A DNA stretch of 64,000 nt from Lepidodermella squamata (lineage: Eukaryota > Animalia > Gastrotricha). Below, piece after piece: positions 23,834 to 34,936 of this stretch. Position 1 is the first letter of the stretch, and every line of letters starts with the position of its first letter. The stretch lies in assembly GCA_047495785.1 (NCBI GenBank), contig JBLDXI010000007.1, positions 2,790,001-2,854,000 of the forward strand. Reading direction: 5' to 3'. The position numbers and the translations under genes are program-made. The notes beneath the pieces were generated by a model. The model did not search any database and was not told the origin of the DNA. It saw nothing but the letters and a program-made list of their open reading frames with translations.

Positions 23834-25087
23834 ATGCCAAGAATAGCCTTTATTCCATCCATATTAATTTTAAGCGTCTTATTTTCTCTAGTTCAATCTC
23901 AAGAAAAGGGTAAAATCTACGCTTTCGAATCAGCAGCTCATCGCGGTCGGTATTTGCGTCTCGATTGCGTTGGCTATAACGCCAATCTGCAACAAGGGTG
24001 GGGGCCATGGGAAAGGTTCTATATCATCCCTCGTCAGAACAATTCTCTGGCACTAGAATCCGTAGATAATCCTGGACGCTTTGTGACATCATCGTGTCCG
24101 AGTTATACATGTGGCCGGGGTGATTCACAATCACGCGATCAATTCGTACAGGAAACCAACGATGACGGAACAATTTCTTTCAGGCAGAGAACAACGGCAA
24201 TTTATCTTGGTGTTATGGGCGCAGAGAATTTCAACCAGTTTAGTTCCAGCGGCGGAGGTTACTCGGCTTGTCTGCTGGAGAAAACTATATTCGCTAAATT
24301 TTTTCTCACTGAAATTGGCACGGCTGCAATAACGGACTCCAACTCTACTTCACCTGGGCAGCTCATCGAACTCACTGAAAGACCAGGGTCATTTTTCGAA
24401 GCAGACTGCAGATCAGTCACTAAACCGGAAGGTGACGGCGGGGGTCGCTTTGGCATCTCAACGACTGTAAGTTCACTTAGTGAGTTCATCATGGCTAAAG
24501 ATGACGATGGCTTGTGGTCGATTCAAACGACCAGCCCTAAGGGTCGTTATCTTCGCGGAGATTGCAATAGCGCAACATCGCGATTAAGTGGGACTGTCAA
24601 CTGTCAGTATGGATTAGGGCCTTATGAGAAATTTGTTCGCGAATTCAATGCTGATGATGGATCTTACTCGTTCCGTTCTTACTCATTTAGTGCTTATATT
24701 GGTTCGGATGGTGTTAGCCTCAGGTGCAGAGCTAACAAAACTTCAACAGAAAGATTTTGTCTCCGAAACAGGCCGCAAGCAAATGATTCTGTTGAAGTTC
24801 CTTTTACGACAATCACCCGCAGCACCGCCTTCACCCCGACCCTTCTAACTCCTAGTACTACTGCATCAATCTCGACGAAATATGTTTTCCCAACAACAGC
24901 TGCTTCAGCTGCTGTGAAAAATGCTGAAGTTGTTGTTAGCGAAACAATGCCCATTTCTTCCACGGTCGAAACTGTTCGCAGAACAACAAAAGACAACAAC
25001 AGTTCAAAAAACTCTTCTGGTACTATTCATTCCTTTGTTGTTGCCCACATCTTAATTTGTTATTTTAAGAGAGCTATTGTGTCGTAA
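23834..25087 (+). CDS. Secreted, possibly GPI-anchored, double fascin-like beta-trefoil protein B
   Basis: Intronless; signal peptide from MPRIAF; repeats YLRLDC..NLQQGWGPWERF and YLRGDC..VNCQYGLGPYEKF; S/T-rich stalk; hydrophobic C-terminus. Confidence 0.8.
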   Translation: MPRIAFIPSILILSVLFSLVQSQEKGKIYAFESAAHRGRYLRLDCVGYNANLQQGWGPWERFYIIPRQNNSLALESVDNPGRFVTSSCPSYTCGRGDSQSRDQFVQETNDDGTISFRQRTTAIYLGVMGAENFNQFSSSGGGYSACLLEKTIFAKFFLTEIGTAAITDSNSTSPGQLIELTERPGSFFEADCRSVTKPEGDGGGRFGISTTVSSLSEFIMAKDDDGLWSIQTTSPKGRYLRGDCNSATSRLSGTVNCQYGLGPYEKFVREFNADDGSYSFRSYSFSAYIGSDGVSLRCRANKTSTERFCLRNRPQANDSVEVPFTTITRSTAFTPTLLTPSTTASISTKYVFPTTAASAAVKNAEVVVSETMPISSTVETVRRTTKDNNSSKNSSGTIHSFVVAHILICYFKRAIVS

Positions 25088-25180
25088 ATTAAAGAACAAG
25101 GAAATTGAACAAAAAGCCTATTATAGCTGGATAATTTCTCCAAGACAGCGTGGGTGCACTTTGAAAGACTTTAAAAAAAG

Positions 25181-26125
25181 ATGGACTCTTACATCCATTT
25201 GCTTTTCCTGTTGCAGCTTAATTTGCTGCTAATTTCAGTGACAGCGCTGAGTTTTGATGGTTCTAAAGTCTACTCTTTTGAATCCGGGGCTTATCGCCGT
25301 CGGTTTCTACGGGTTGAATGTGGCGTTGCTGCAAACCTACAAACTAGTGCAGGGCCGTGGGAACGATTCAAAATTACAACCAAAGCAAATGGCTTATCAA
25401 CTATTGAGTCTGAGTTCTTCACTGGTAACTACATTAGCATTGCAGGCTCCATTCAAAATCGGCGAATTGAGTGCAGTGATTGGTTGCCTGGTGATAACGA
25501 GCTGTTTGTGATCGAGAGAAATGCCGACGATACCTTTTCAATCAAAAATCGCGCGGCGAATTGCTATCTCGCTGCGTATGGAGGCGAAACCCAGGCTAAC
25601 CCAGGAACCCCAATCGGTTCTATAATATGCGCTGCTACTAAAACTCTCAACAGCAAATTTTTCATGCAAGAAGTTCCGATGTCGCCAACTTCGAGCCCTA
25701 CAACAACCAAAGTTCCCGAGCCTATTTACTTCGTGGAAAGTTTTGCGAAGAGGAACAACTTTCTTCAAGGCGATTGTGGCGCGGTGGTAAAGTATAACGG
25801 TGCCGGCGGCGGAAGGTTCTTTGTCTCTGATAAGCCGAGATACGATTTCTCGACCTTCATCGCTGAGCCGACTGATGACGGTCTATGGACTCTCCAACCT
25901 GTCAAAGCTAAAGGCCGATATCTTAGGATAGACTGCGGTGGAACGATCAATTGTCAGTTCGGTGTAGGGCCCTGGGAAAGGTTTCATCTCGAATTCAATG
26001 CTGAAGACGGAACATATTCTTTCAAATCGACTGATTACAACAAGTATCTTGGCATCACAGATTCCGGACTCGGCTGTAAACCTAACAGAACAAAAACTGA
26101 AAAATTCTTACTGAAACTCATTTAA
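25181..26125 (+). CDS. Secreted double fascin-like beta-trefoil protein C
   Basis: Intronless; signal peptide; NLQTSAGPWERF and YLRIDCGGTINCQFGVGPWERF; clear paralog of protein B without the stalk. Confidence 0.8.
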   Translation: MDSYIHLLFLLQLNLLLISVTALSFDGSKVYSFESGAYRRRFLRVECGVAANLQTSAGPWERFKITTKANGLSTIESEFFTGNYISIAGSIQNRRIECSDWLPGDNELFVIERNADDTFSIKNRAANCYLAAYGGETQANPGTPIGSIICAATKTLNSKFFMQEVPMSPTSSPTTTKVPEPIYFVESFAKRNNFLQGDCGAVVKYNGAGGGRFFVSDKPRYDFSTFIAEPTDDGLWTLQPVKAKGRYLRIDCGGTINCQFGVGPWERFHLEFNAEDGTYSFKSTDYNKYLGITDSGLGCKPNRTKTEKFLLKLI

Positions 26126-26394
26126 AAACAAGTCATTTGTTAAGCATTCATTGACATCTTTATTCAACTTGAATTTTCCGTTCAAGACAACTTATGAAAA
26201 TATTATTTGACTTTTCCGAAACTTGTTGTCACCCGGAGCTGGCCGAGGTCACATATTGAAGACTTTACGAGAAGGCGGCGAATCATAAGACCACTACCAA
26301 ATCATGCTGTCAGAAGGCTAAGAAAGAGTTGAGCGTGCGAGGTGAGGTAGAGTGCTGCAGGTAACGGGGGTGGCTTGCTGGACTGTTTCTTCGT

Positions 26395-27717
26395 TTAGTA
26401 GAAGAAGCCACGGCCATAACCGAGGTTGTTGCCACCGAAAGCCCATCCGTTGCGGCCAAGACCGCCGAGGAAACCACCGAAACCGGCATTGTGGCCAGCG
26501 TTGACGTTACCAGTGTTGAAGCCATTGAAACCAGCACCGAAGCCAAGGCCGAGGCCAAGACCGTTGACGCCGTTGGCACCACCGAAGCCCTGAGCACCAC
26601 CAAGGTGAACACCGTTGGCAGCACCGAAGCCACCGAAACCAGCGCGCTGGCCAGCGTTGACGTTAGCAGCGTTGAATCCACCGAATTGGGAACCAGCTCC
26701 GTAGCCAAGACCAAGGCCGCCGAGGCCAAGACCGTTGACACCGTTGGCAGCACCGAAGCCCTGGGCGGCACCGAGGTTGACACCGTTAGCAGCACCGAAG
26801 CCACCGAATCCACCGAAACCAGCGCGCTGGCCAGCGTTGACGTTGGCGGATTGGAGACCACCGAATTGGGCACCAGCAGCACCAAGACCAGCACCATAGC
26901 CGAGGCCAAGACCAAGACCGTTGACACCGTTGGCGGCACCGAATCCCTGGGAAGCACCGAGGCTGACACCGTTGGAAGCACCGAATCCACCGAATCCACC
27001 GACGCGGCCAAGACCGAGACCGAGACCAGCGCCATAGACTGGGACACCACCGAAGAGACCAGCGCCATATCCCCAACCACCATGGGCAGCGATGGGCTGC
27101 TGGACGGCAACGGGCTGCTGGACGGCGACGGGCTGGACAACAACCTGGGGCTGTTGGCGGACGGCCTGTTGGGCAGCCTGCTGGGCACCCTGGGCGGCAG
27201 CCTGGTTGAATCCGTGAGCACCAGCGGCCTGCTGGGCACCCTGTTGACCGGCAGCCTGGGCAGCAGCCTGCTGGGCAGCGGCAGCCTGGGATCCCTGAGA
27301 GCCCTGGGCGCCCTGGGCAGCGCCGTGGGCGTAGCCAGTGTCGAAGTCACCAGCAGACTGCTCAGCGGCAGCCGAGGTGCGCTCAGAGGCGGCGAGGAGG
27401 GAAGCAGCGTGGTCGTAACGGCCAGCAGCCTGCTGGGCATCAGCGTGGGTGGCGCCCTGGCCGAAAGCTCCGGCGTGGTTAGATCCCTGGGATCCCTGGG
27501 CGTGGTGGCCATTGGCGCCAGCAGCCTGGGCGTGGTGACCGGCAGATCCAGCGGAAGCCTGGTGGCCATTGGCGCCACCGTTCGAAGCAGCCTGGGCAGC
27601 GTTGGCAGCATTGGCAGCAGCGCCACCAAATCCACCGCCAAAACCGCCGAAACCGCCGATGAATCCGCTGGCGTTAGCCGCGGCAACAACACCGAGGAGA
27701 ACAGCAAGCTTGAACAT
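26395..27717 (-). CDS. Secreted Gly/Ala/Asn-rich structural protein, paralog 4
   Basis: Signal peptide, conserved core, GFGAANGVN(L/G) repeats, ends GRGFFY. Confidence 0.9.
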   Translation of the reverse strand: MFKLAVLLGVVAAANASGFIGGFGGFGGGFGGAAANAANAAQAASNGGANGHQASAGSAGHHAQAAGANGHHAQGSQGSNHAGAFGQGATHADAQQAAGRYDHAASLLAASERTSAAAEQSAGDFDTGYAHGAAQGAQGSQGSQAAAAQQAAAQAAGQQGAQQAAGAHGFNQAAAQGAQQAAQQAVRQQPQVVVQPVAVQQPVAVQQPIAAHGGWGYGAGLFGGVPVYGAGLGLGLGRVGGFGGFGASNGVSLGASQGFGAANGVNGLGLGLGYGAGLGAAGAQFGGLQSANVNAGQRAGFGGFGGFGAANGVNLGAAQGFGAANGVNGLGLGGLGLGYGAGSQFGGFNAANVNAGQRAGFGGFGAANGVHLGGAQGFGGANGVNGLGLGLGFGAGFNGFNTGNVNAGHNAGFGGFLGGLGRNGWAFGGNNLGYGRGFFY

Positions 27718-27758
27718 TTTCTTTTGAAGATGTAAGTAATGAAATTGAGAGGCTTGAG

Positions 27759-27796
27759 ACTGATGGTTTAGATGTAAAAACGCGGCTGCTTATATA
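27759..27796 (-). promoter_or_regulatory. TATA + initiator core promoter of paralog 4
   Basis: TATATAA at 27796-27790 and TCAGT at 27763-27759. Confidence 0.75.
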
Positions 27797-29847
27797 CCCT
27801 GCGCCCACAGGCAAAATTACCATTCACTAAGGTTATACTATTGGGTAGATCATGGCTGTTAAATCTCAGCGAACCTCATCTCAGCAGCTGCTAAAGGTTG
27901 ATAATTGAAATACTGTGACCGGGGATTTCATTGAATTCGGTTAGCTAAGTCTGGTGATGAGAATTTCCAATCGAAGGTTCAACGGATTCTCCGGTTGATT
28001 TAAACGAGTGGCAACGGTTGTTCACGGATGGCACGGCGCTCGCGCGGTGTTTTGAACATAACGCGATGCGCTCGGAGATATCATCTATTTACTTAGCGCG
28101 GGTGGCCGCACCGGCGCCTGTCTAAGTGTAATGCTACGGGTTATGATGCTTTGAGTGCTAAACAACACGCGGCTTGTTTTGATCTTGGTCCTAATTATAG
28201 CACGGTAAAAATAGGGCTTTCGTAATTAAACCAATCCTAGTTTAATGTTGTCGAGGCAATCATTTTTACTTTTTTCATTCACATATTTTTTACGAATTTA
28301 TTTTTGTAATTCTTGCAACCGGTAGTTGGTGTGGCTTAAAGGCCCCCGAGCTTTATCTACCGAGAAAGGAGAATTACTGAGGCTGTAGTAGAATTTGTGT
28401 TTTCACGTTTAGGGTTTAATGTTCTAACCAGTTATCAACGGTCGTTTAGCGTAAAGCTTATACCTAGCTCGGTTTGGTCTTTATTTTTCGACTTTTGAGC
28501 CTTTTGAATTTTGTAAGTATGATTTAATGCTCCGATGAGTCGCATGCTGCATGGTACTGTCAAATTCGGATGCTGATTTTTGCTTATTACTGAAGCGAAG
28601 GTAAAGCAATCCGATTGACTTGCTGAAATTTTGCAGAGATGGCGGTCTTATTTGGGCTCCGTAGGGCAGCTAGACGAGAAAAGCAAACTTATTCTGAATG
28701 GCCTTCGTTTACAGAACTGAATGAATGATTTTCTCCCGAACTCGGCGAATGTCGTTCTCATTATCGTAATTGGCATGACATCAATTTGTCATTTTTGTTG
28801 ATGAAGAACAAGAAATTGGAGGAGGAAAAGTTCCAAATTTTTTCATCCAGTCAGCAAACAAGTTATCCACAATAGTTGGTTAATCCATAAGCTATTCCAT
28901 ATCACTTCGGTACTTTTCGCGGCTTAAATTTGTGATCGCACGCAAATGAAATACTGTGAAATACGTTTATGTGTTTCTCGCGAAGGACCTGGAAATTCTA
29001 CTTGGAAGGAAAAGTACACAAACTTTACTTTTCACATTACGCCATCGGAATTCGTTTTCAACGTCGCGTTTTCAAAGGCTTGAGGTGGATATTTAATTTA
29101 GGTTTATTGCGGTTATTGGATATCATTGAATCAAGTGAAAATCAGAGAGACCGCAGTAATTGGAACTTTTATGAAACATTGGACACTTAACGCATAGCAG
29201 CCAAGATCAGCAGATATTATGCAAAGTTGAGAAGCACGATAGGTGAAATTGGGAATATGATAATCGAGCCAATTAATTGGATTAAACAAATATGAACGAA
29301 TCGTGTCACCCGTACCTCACAAAGCGTGTCGCTCGCAAACTGGGAAAGATCGCGTTTATGTTTTTCTGTGCTTTCTGATTTGGTCAATCACCCGTTGGCT
29401 AAAATTAGCTGATAATCTTTGAAATAAAATGACGAATGAGGCCGTAATATTTGTACATGGTTACATGCATCCCCGTCCGTTCTCATATATTTTCACGTGC
29501 CATTAAGTTTTAGCGCAACATTATTGCTTGCCATTCGGCTATGCTCGAAACATGAATGCTGTCTATCAGCCTACACTTCAGAGCCTCAAGGTCTGAGAAA
29601 CCTTTCAGAAATTGATCCACGTAGACCGCTGAGACTCATAGTGTGTTAACAAGCTTCTTTTACTGCAAACTGCGAAACCATGGATGTTGGAAATATTGGA
29701 TGTTGGAACGTAGGCTCAGAACTCTGCGGCCATAGTGTGAGTTCAATGTTGCTCTGCAAGCTTCCTTCTTCATTTCCCCAACTTGAACTCAGCTGAAATA
29801 AATGCGTCGTTGCAAGTTTGAAGAATGAGAACAGCCGACACGTGGCT

Positions 29848-30190
29848 TAAGTAAGTGCGCGACAACTTGAGTGCGCGACAGTCACGCTATTGCACGCGAC
29901 AATCGCGCCTGTGTTCACTGACTCCCGACAATGTCGCACGTCGCGAGTGTCGCATCAGTGTTGCGCGCCTGTCGTTGCACTGCTATTTACAAACTAGAGC
30001 TTGAAACAATGCGCGCGTTGAACTGTTGGGCGCGCACTTGAACAAAAGAAATCGTCGCGAGCTCACAGTTTGCGGTGTCGCAGGTCCCGTTTTAGCGGAA
30101 CTTCGGCCGCGCGACAGGCGGAAGTCATCGCAAGTTACTCTTGTAATCAAACTGCGTCAAGATTCAGTCTTGTCGAGCCACTTATACTTA
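29848..30190. repeat. Possible degenerate MITE rich in CGCGACA/TGTCGC motifs
   Basis: Imperfect terminal inverted match taagtaagtgcgcgacaa / ttgtcgagccacttatactta and many internal (c)gcgaca copies on both strands. Confidence 0.4.
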
Positions 30191-30656
30191 TTTGTTGATC
30201 GACTAAGTAAAACTATGGTTGCATTATGATCATTCAACTATCTGCAGCCACAAGATGTCTCTTCGAGTGTTAACTTGAATTTAACCTTCGAAGTCAGGGT
30301 TCTTGGGAAACATTTCCTCATTTTCTGCTGCCTGCTGATTCTGAAACCTCAAAGTTATAAACAAAAGTCAGATTTTTCTTGCCGTCATGCAGTCTTTTTT
30401 ATTTGCCTTTACTTTCCTTTCAAGATTGCCTCAGCGACACAAAGAACAAACTTGACAAAAAAAGCGCCGTCTTCCGGAGCTGGCCGGGGTGCATGCATGA
30501 TGACTCCACAGAAAGACAAACATTCAGTTTCAAACTAAAATTCACCGATCCGCAAAGTCAACGTGCGAGAAAGGAATTGAGTGAACACAGAGAAAGAAGG
30601 TGCGGGGAATGGGAGAGTGCAGTAGGAGGGTTGGACTGGCTTGGTTCGTTCTTTGT

Positions 30657-31868
30657 TTACAAGAAGAATCCGCGGCCATAACCGAGGTTGTTGCCGCCGA
30701 AAGCCCAGCCTTGACGACCGAGACCGCCGAAGCCAAGACCGTTTCCGTAACCAGCGCCATAGCCGCCGAGGCCAGCGCCATAGCCGAGGCCAAGACCGTT
30801 GACGCCGTTGGCGCCACCGAAGCCCTGAGCAGCACCGAGGTTGACACCGTTGGCAGCACCGAAGCCACCGAAGCCAGAGCGCTGACCAGCGTTGACGTTG
30901 GCACCCTGGAATCCGCCGAACTGGGAACCAGCTCCATAACCAAGACCAAGACCGCCGAGGCCAAGACCGTTGACGCCGTTGGCGGCACCGAAGCCCTGGG
31001 CAGCACCGAGGTTGACACCGTTGGCAGCACCGAATCCACCGAATCCACCGACGCGCTGGCCAGCGTTGACGTTAGCACCGCTAAGACCGCCGAACTGGGC
31101 ACCAGCAGCACCAAGACCAGCACCATAGCCGAGGCCAAGACCGTTGACACCGTTGGCAGCACCGAAGCCCTGGGCGGCACCAATGTTGACACCGTTGGCA
31201 GCACCGTAGTTACCACCATAGGCGGGGACTCCACCGAAGAGACCAGCGCCATATCCCCAACCGCCATGGGCAGCGACGGGCTGGACGGCGATCTGCTGAA
31301 CCTGGGGCTGGTAAGCCTGCTGGGCAGCCTGCTGAGCACCCTGGGCGCCAGCCTGGTTGAATCCCTGAGCACCAGCGGCCTGCTGGGCACCCTGTTGACC
31401 GGCAGCCTGGGCAGCAGCCTGCTGGGCAGCGGCAGCCTGGGATCCCTGGGAACCCTGGGCGCCCTGAGCACCACCGTAGGCGAATCCGTTGTCGTAGTCA
31501 CCAGCGGACTGCTCAGCAGCAGCCGAGGTGCGCTCAGAGGCGGCGAGGAGGGAAGCAGCGTGGTCGTAACGGCCAGCAGCCTGCTGGGCATCAGCGTGCT
31601 GAGCACCCTGACCGTAGGCACCGGCGTACTGGGATCCCTGGGAACCCTGAGCGTGATGACCGTTGGCACCAGCAGCCTGAGCCTGGTTGCCGGCAGCGCC
31701 GTTGGAGGCCTGACCACCCTGAGCGAAACCGTTGGAGGCAGCCTGGGCAGCAGCGTTGGCGGCGTTGTTGGCAGCAGAACCACCGAAGTTGTTGAGGCCG
31801 AAGCCACCGACGAATCCGCTGGCGTTAGCGGCGGCGACGACGCCGAGAAGAATGGCAACCTTGTACAT
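30657..31868 (-). CDS. Secreted Gly/Ala/Asn-rich structural protein, paralog 5
   Basis: Signal peptide, conserved core, tail nearly identical to paralog 4, ends GRGFFL. Confidence 0.9.
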   Translation of the reverse strand: MYKVAILLGVVAAANASGFVGGFGLNNFGGSAANNAANAAAQAASNGFAQGGQASNGAAGNQAQAAGANGHHAQGSQGSQYAGAYGQGAQHADAQQAAGRYDHAASLLAASERTSAAAEQSAGDYDNGFAYGGAQGAQGSQGSQAAAAQQAAAQAAGQQGAQQAAGAQGFNQAGAQGAQQAAQQAYQPQVQQIAVQPVAAHGGWGYGAGLFGGVPAYGGNYGAANGVNIGAAQGFGAANGVNGLGLGYGAGLGAAGAQFGGLSGANVNAGQRVGGFGGFGAANGVNLGAAQGFGAANGVNGLGLGGLGLGYGAGSQFGGFQGANVNAGQRSGFGGFGAANGVNLGAAQGFGGANGVNGLGLGYGAGLGGYGAGYGNGLGFGGLGRQGWAFGGNNLGYGRGFFL

Positions 31869-31941
31869 GGTTATTTTCAGTTGTTTAACTGTAAATACTT
31901 TGAGGCTGGAGACTGGTGACTACTGCCTGAAATTCGCCAGC

Positions 31942-31948
31942 TTATATA
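31942..31948 (-). promoter_or_regulatory. TATA box of paralog 5
   Basis: TATATAA about 75 nt upstream of the ATG. Confidence 0.7.
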
Positions 31949-33813
31949 GCCAACGCCAGACTGCTGAATCTACTACCCGCAGTGTAACCGAATATCATGT
32001 TATGTGTTTTGTCACCGGTGCACTTTTCCCAACTCGATTTTCACCACAATGTCCCAGCCCATCGATCGGGAACCCTTGCATCAGAGCTCCGGGCGTCCTA
32101 TAACCCTGCTAGGGAGGTCTCTATCAAATTTTTGAAGGTCGAAGTTTTCGACAGGGTACTAGGTGTTTTAACGAGTGGCTACGGTTGTCCAGACTTTGTC
32201 GTCGTTTTTGCGCGCTCTGCATGGCAAAAAACGCGATGGTCGAAGATAACAACAACTTAACGTGGCGCATGTGGCCGGCCACACCAATAAAGGTGCTGGC
32301 GTGAGCTCGCCGGTTGCCGGCCTCCGAGGGCCCTCGTGCGGCCACCATGTTTCGCGCCTTGTATTTGCATATATAACATATAACCTCCAATATTATTATT
32401 TCAAACCCACCATCGGCGTACACGCGCATAAACACGTTTTTTTGCATATGTTGATAGGCTTCGGCACGCGCTACACGGCCCGGTGCTGCTTGACTCTGCC
32501 GCGGCCATTACGTTAGTGTTAAGCGGCCACGGCGATTAGGAAAATTGCCGTAATACAAATTATACCTAGAATTTTGTCCTTCAGCAGCTTTACATTGTTT
32601 AAACCCCGGTTATATGACGCTTATCTTGTTAAAATTAAAGTATCACGCTCTGCTTACGTGTGTTGTTTTAAGCCGGATGAAGCATAATAAAAAAATTGAC
32701 CGACATTGCGTTCGCTTTTTTGTCAAATAATGGTTTATTTTATTTCTCATGAAAAATAAAGCACTGGGAACAGATCGCGAAAATTGTAATAAATTGTCGA
32801 TCAGTTCAGGCAAATTGAAGTGTGTCGATTCGACCTCCGATTCGATATAGGCCTTGCTCGCGCATTTTGAGGTGTTATCTTTTACTCTCTCCGGAATTTC
32901 GGAAAGTTATTCACCTTTTTTCATTTCAAGGTTAGCTTCATTTCAGTGGGCGACCCTAAAATTTGGGGAGAATAAAAAACAGCCTTGCCTTTTTTGCTGG
33001 AAAAAATTTAATCATTGACTCAAATTTTTAATTCAATTTTTTCATTTGTTAGCAATTTTTTGCTTGATTTAGGTTAAACTTTGTTTTTCTTTCTGGTCAA
33101 ATCTTGGGTTCTCTCCAAGAGCGGCTTATTTTCACGGCGTGCGAAAGCTGGGATTAAGGTGACCGCTATACCGATAATATCCCTCGCTGAGCCTCGGGGA
33201 TTAGCTTCAAAGAGGTTAAAACATCAAACATTCAGCTCCTTTTGGGTTGGCACGACAAACACCATAGAAAATTAGAAAAATACCTGGATTCAAGCTTGAA
33301 CATAATAATATGCATATAAAGCAGGTTCACCTTTTTTACCGATAATTCAAATTTCTTGGAAAATCAACTCAAATGAAACCGAAGGGTTAAAATGTTCTAG
33401 AATTGTGGAGTGATATGGATTATTAGGCTCTTAAACAGTTTCAGTTGAAACCAAAAATGGTGGGAAAATTTGATTCATTTACATTCATTTTTCTCGATTT
33501 CATTGGATATTATTGTGTTATTAAAATTTCGAAAAATAAATCGCCTCAAGTTCCCAAGTCCAACGTCCTCCATCCGGAAAGGCTTCGGCTCGGAGACAAA
33601 AACGGAACAAGTATTTTGAAAAATTCATTGCCTTTTTATTTTTAGCGATGTTTTTTCAACACCGCCGATCTTCGATCCGAAATCTAGGCTACTCTTACAT
33701 AGTTTGGAAAACGAATCAACGTTGGTGAAATATTTCAAACGGGCTACGATAGGACTTTGAGTAAATAATGTTCTTCTCAGGCAGTGATAGCAGGGTTTGA
33801 GAATAGCGGCTGC

Positions 33814-34855
33814 TTAACCGAGGAAGGCGCCGTTGCCAACAAGGCCGGCGTTTCCGAGGAAGGCACCGTTGCCGACGAGGCCAGCGTTGCCAGCGAAGCC
33901 AGCGCGGTTGAAGCCAAGACCGTTGGCGCCGTTGACGCCGAGGAGACCAGCGTTGCCGAGGAAGGCGTTGTTGCCGAGGAAGGCACCGTTGTTGACGCCA
34001 GCGCCGAGGAAAGCGCCGTTGCCAGCGAAGCCAGCGTGGTTAAGACCGAGGCCATTGACGCCATTGACGCCAGCGAGGCCAGCGTTGCCGCCGAGGAAGG
34101 CACCGTTGCCGTAGCCATAGCCGAGGTTGGCACCTCCGAATCCGAGGTGGCCAGCGCCGAGGTTGGCAGCGCCATAGCCGAGACCAGCGCCATAGCCGAG
34201 GCCAAGACCGTTGGCACCGACGAGGCCAGCACCAAGACCGAAACCGTTGTTGGCAGCGTTGGCAGACTGGGCGGCGCCGTTGGAGGCAGCCTGGTTGAAT
34301 CCGTTGGCACCAGCGGACTGCTGGGCACCCTGTTGGCCGGCAGCGTTGGCAGCAGCCTGGTTGGCAGCAGCGGCGGCGGATCCCTGAGAGCCCTGGGCGC
34401 CTTGAGCACCACCGTGGGCGAAGCCAGTGTCGTAGTTGCCAGCGGCCTGCTCGGCACCAGCGGAGGTGCGCTCAGAGGCGGCGAGGAGGGAAGCGGCGTG
34501 GTCGTAACGACCAGCAGCCTGGTTGGCATCAGCGTGCTGGGCACCCTGGCCGAAAGCGGCAGCCTGCTGAGATCCCTGGGAACCCTGTTCGCCGAAAATG
34601 TCTTAAAAAAATCCGATTTTTCTATCGAATTTGTCTCACCTGAGCCTGGTTGGCGGCAGCAGCGTTGGCAGCAGCCTGGTGGCCGCTGGCGGCGCTGGCG
34701 GCGTTGCCAAAGTTGGCACCACCGTTGGAAGCGGCGTTGGAACCGAAGTTGGAACCGAAGTTTCCGAAGCTTCCACCGAATCCGCCGAATCCTCCGAGGG
34801 GGAGACCGGCCTGGGCGACGGCGAGAACAGCGGCGAGAACGGCGACCTTGTACAT
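33814..34855 (-). CDS. Secreted Gly/Ala/Asn-rich structural protein, paralog 6; exons 34855-34640, 34584-33814
   Basis: Signal peptide MYKVAVLAAVLAVAQA. A 55-nt GTGAGA..AACAG intron restores AQ-GSQGS; conserved core; GNGAFL tail; in-frame TAA at 33816-33814. Confidence 0.88.
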
Positions 34856-34900
34856 TTTCTGGTTGATTTTACAACTTGAAAATTAAAACTACCAACGTTG

Positions 34901-34936
34901 AATGAAATTTAGCACTGACCATTCGCCGCTTTTATA
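34901..34936 (-). promoter_or_regulatory. TATA + initiator core promoter of paralog 6
   Basis: TATAAAA at 34936-34930 and TCATT at 34905-34901. Confidence 0.7.

Noticed and set aside
22041-26125. Secreted beta-trefoils as local duplicates of the neighbouring fascin
   Set aside because: They share no introns or recognisable motif identity with that fascin, and their NCQ.G.GPWE.F signature is absent from it.
12834-34886. Long overlapping ORFs on the plus strand and in shifted minus frames over the Gly-rich genes
   Set aside because: These are shadows of extreme codon bias and repeats. Signal peptides, TATA/Inr elements and splice sites all support only the Gly-rich minus frame.
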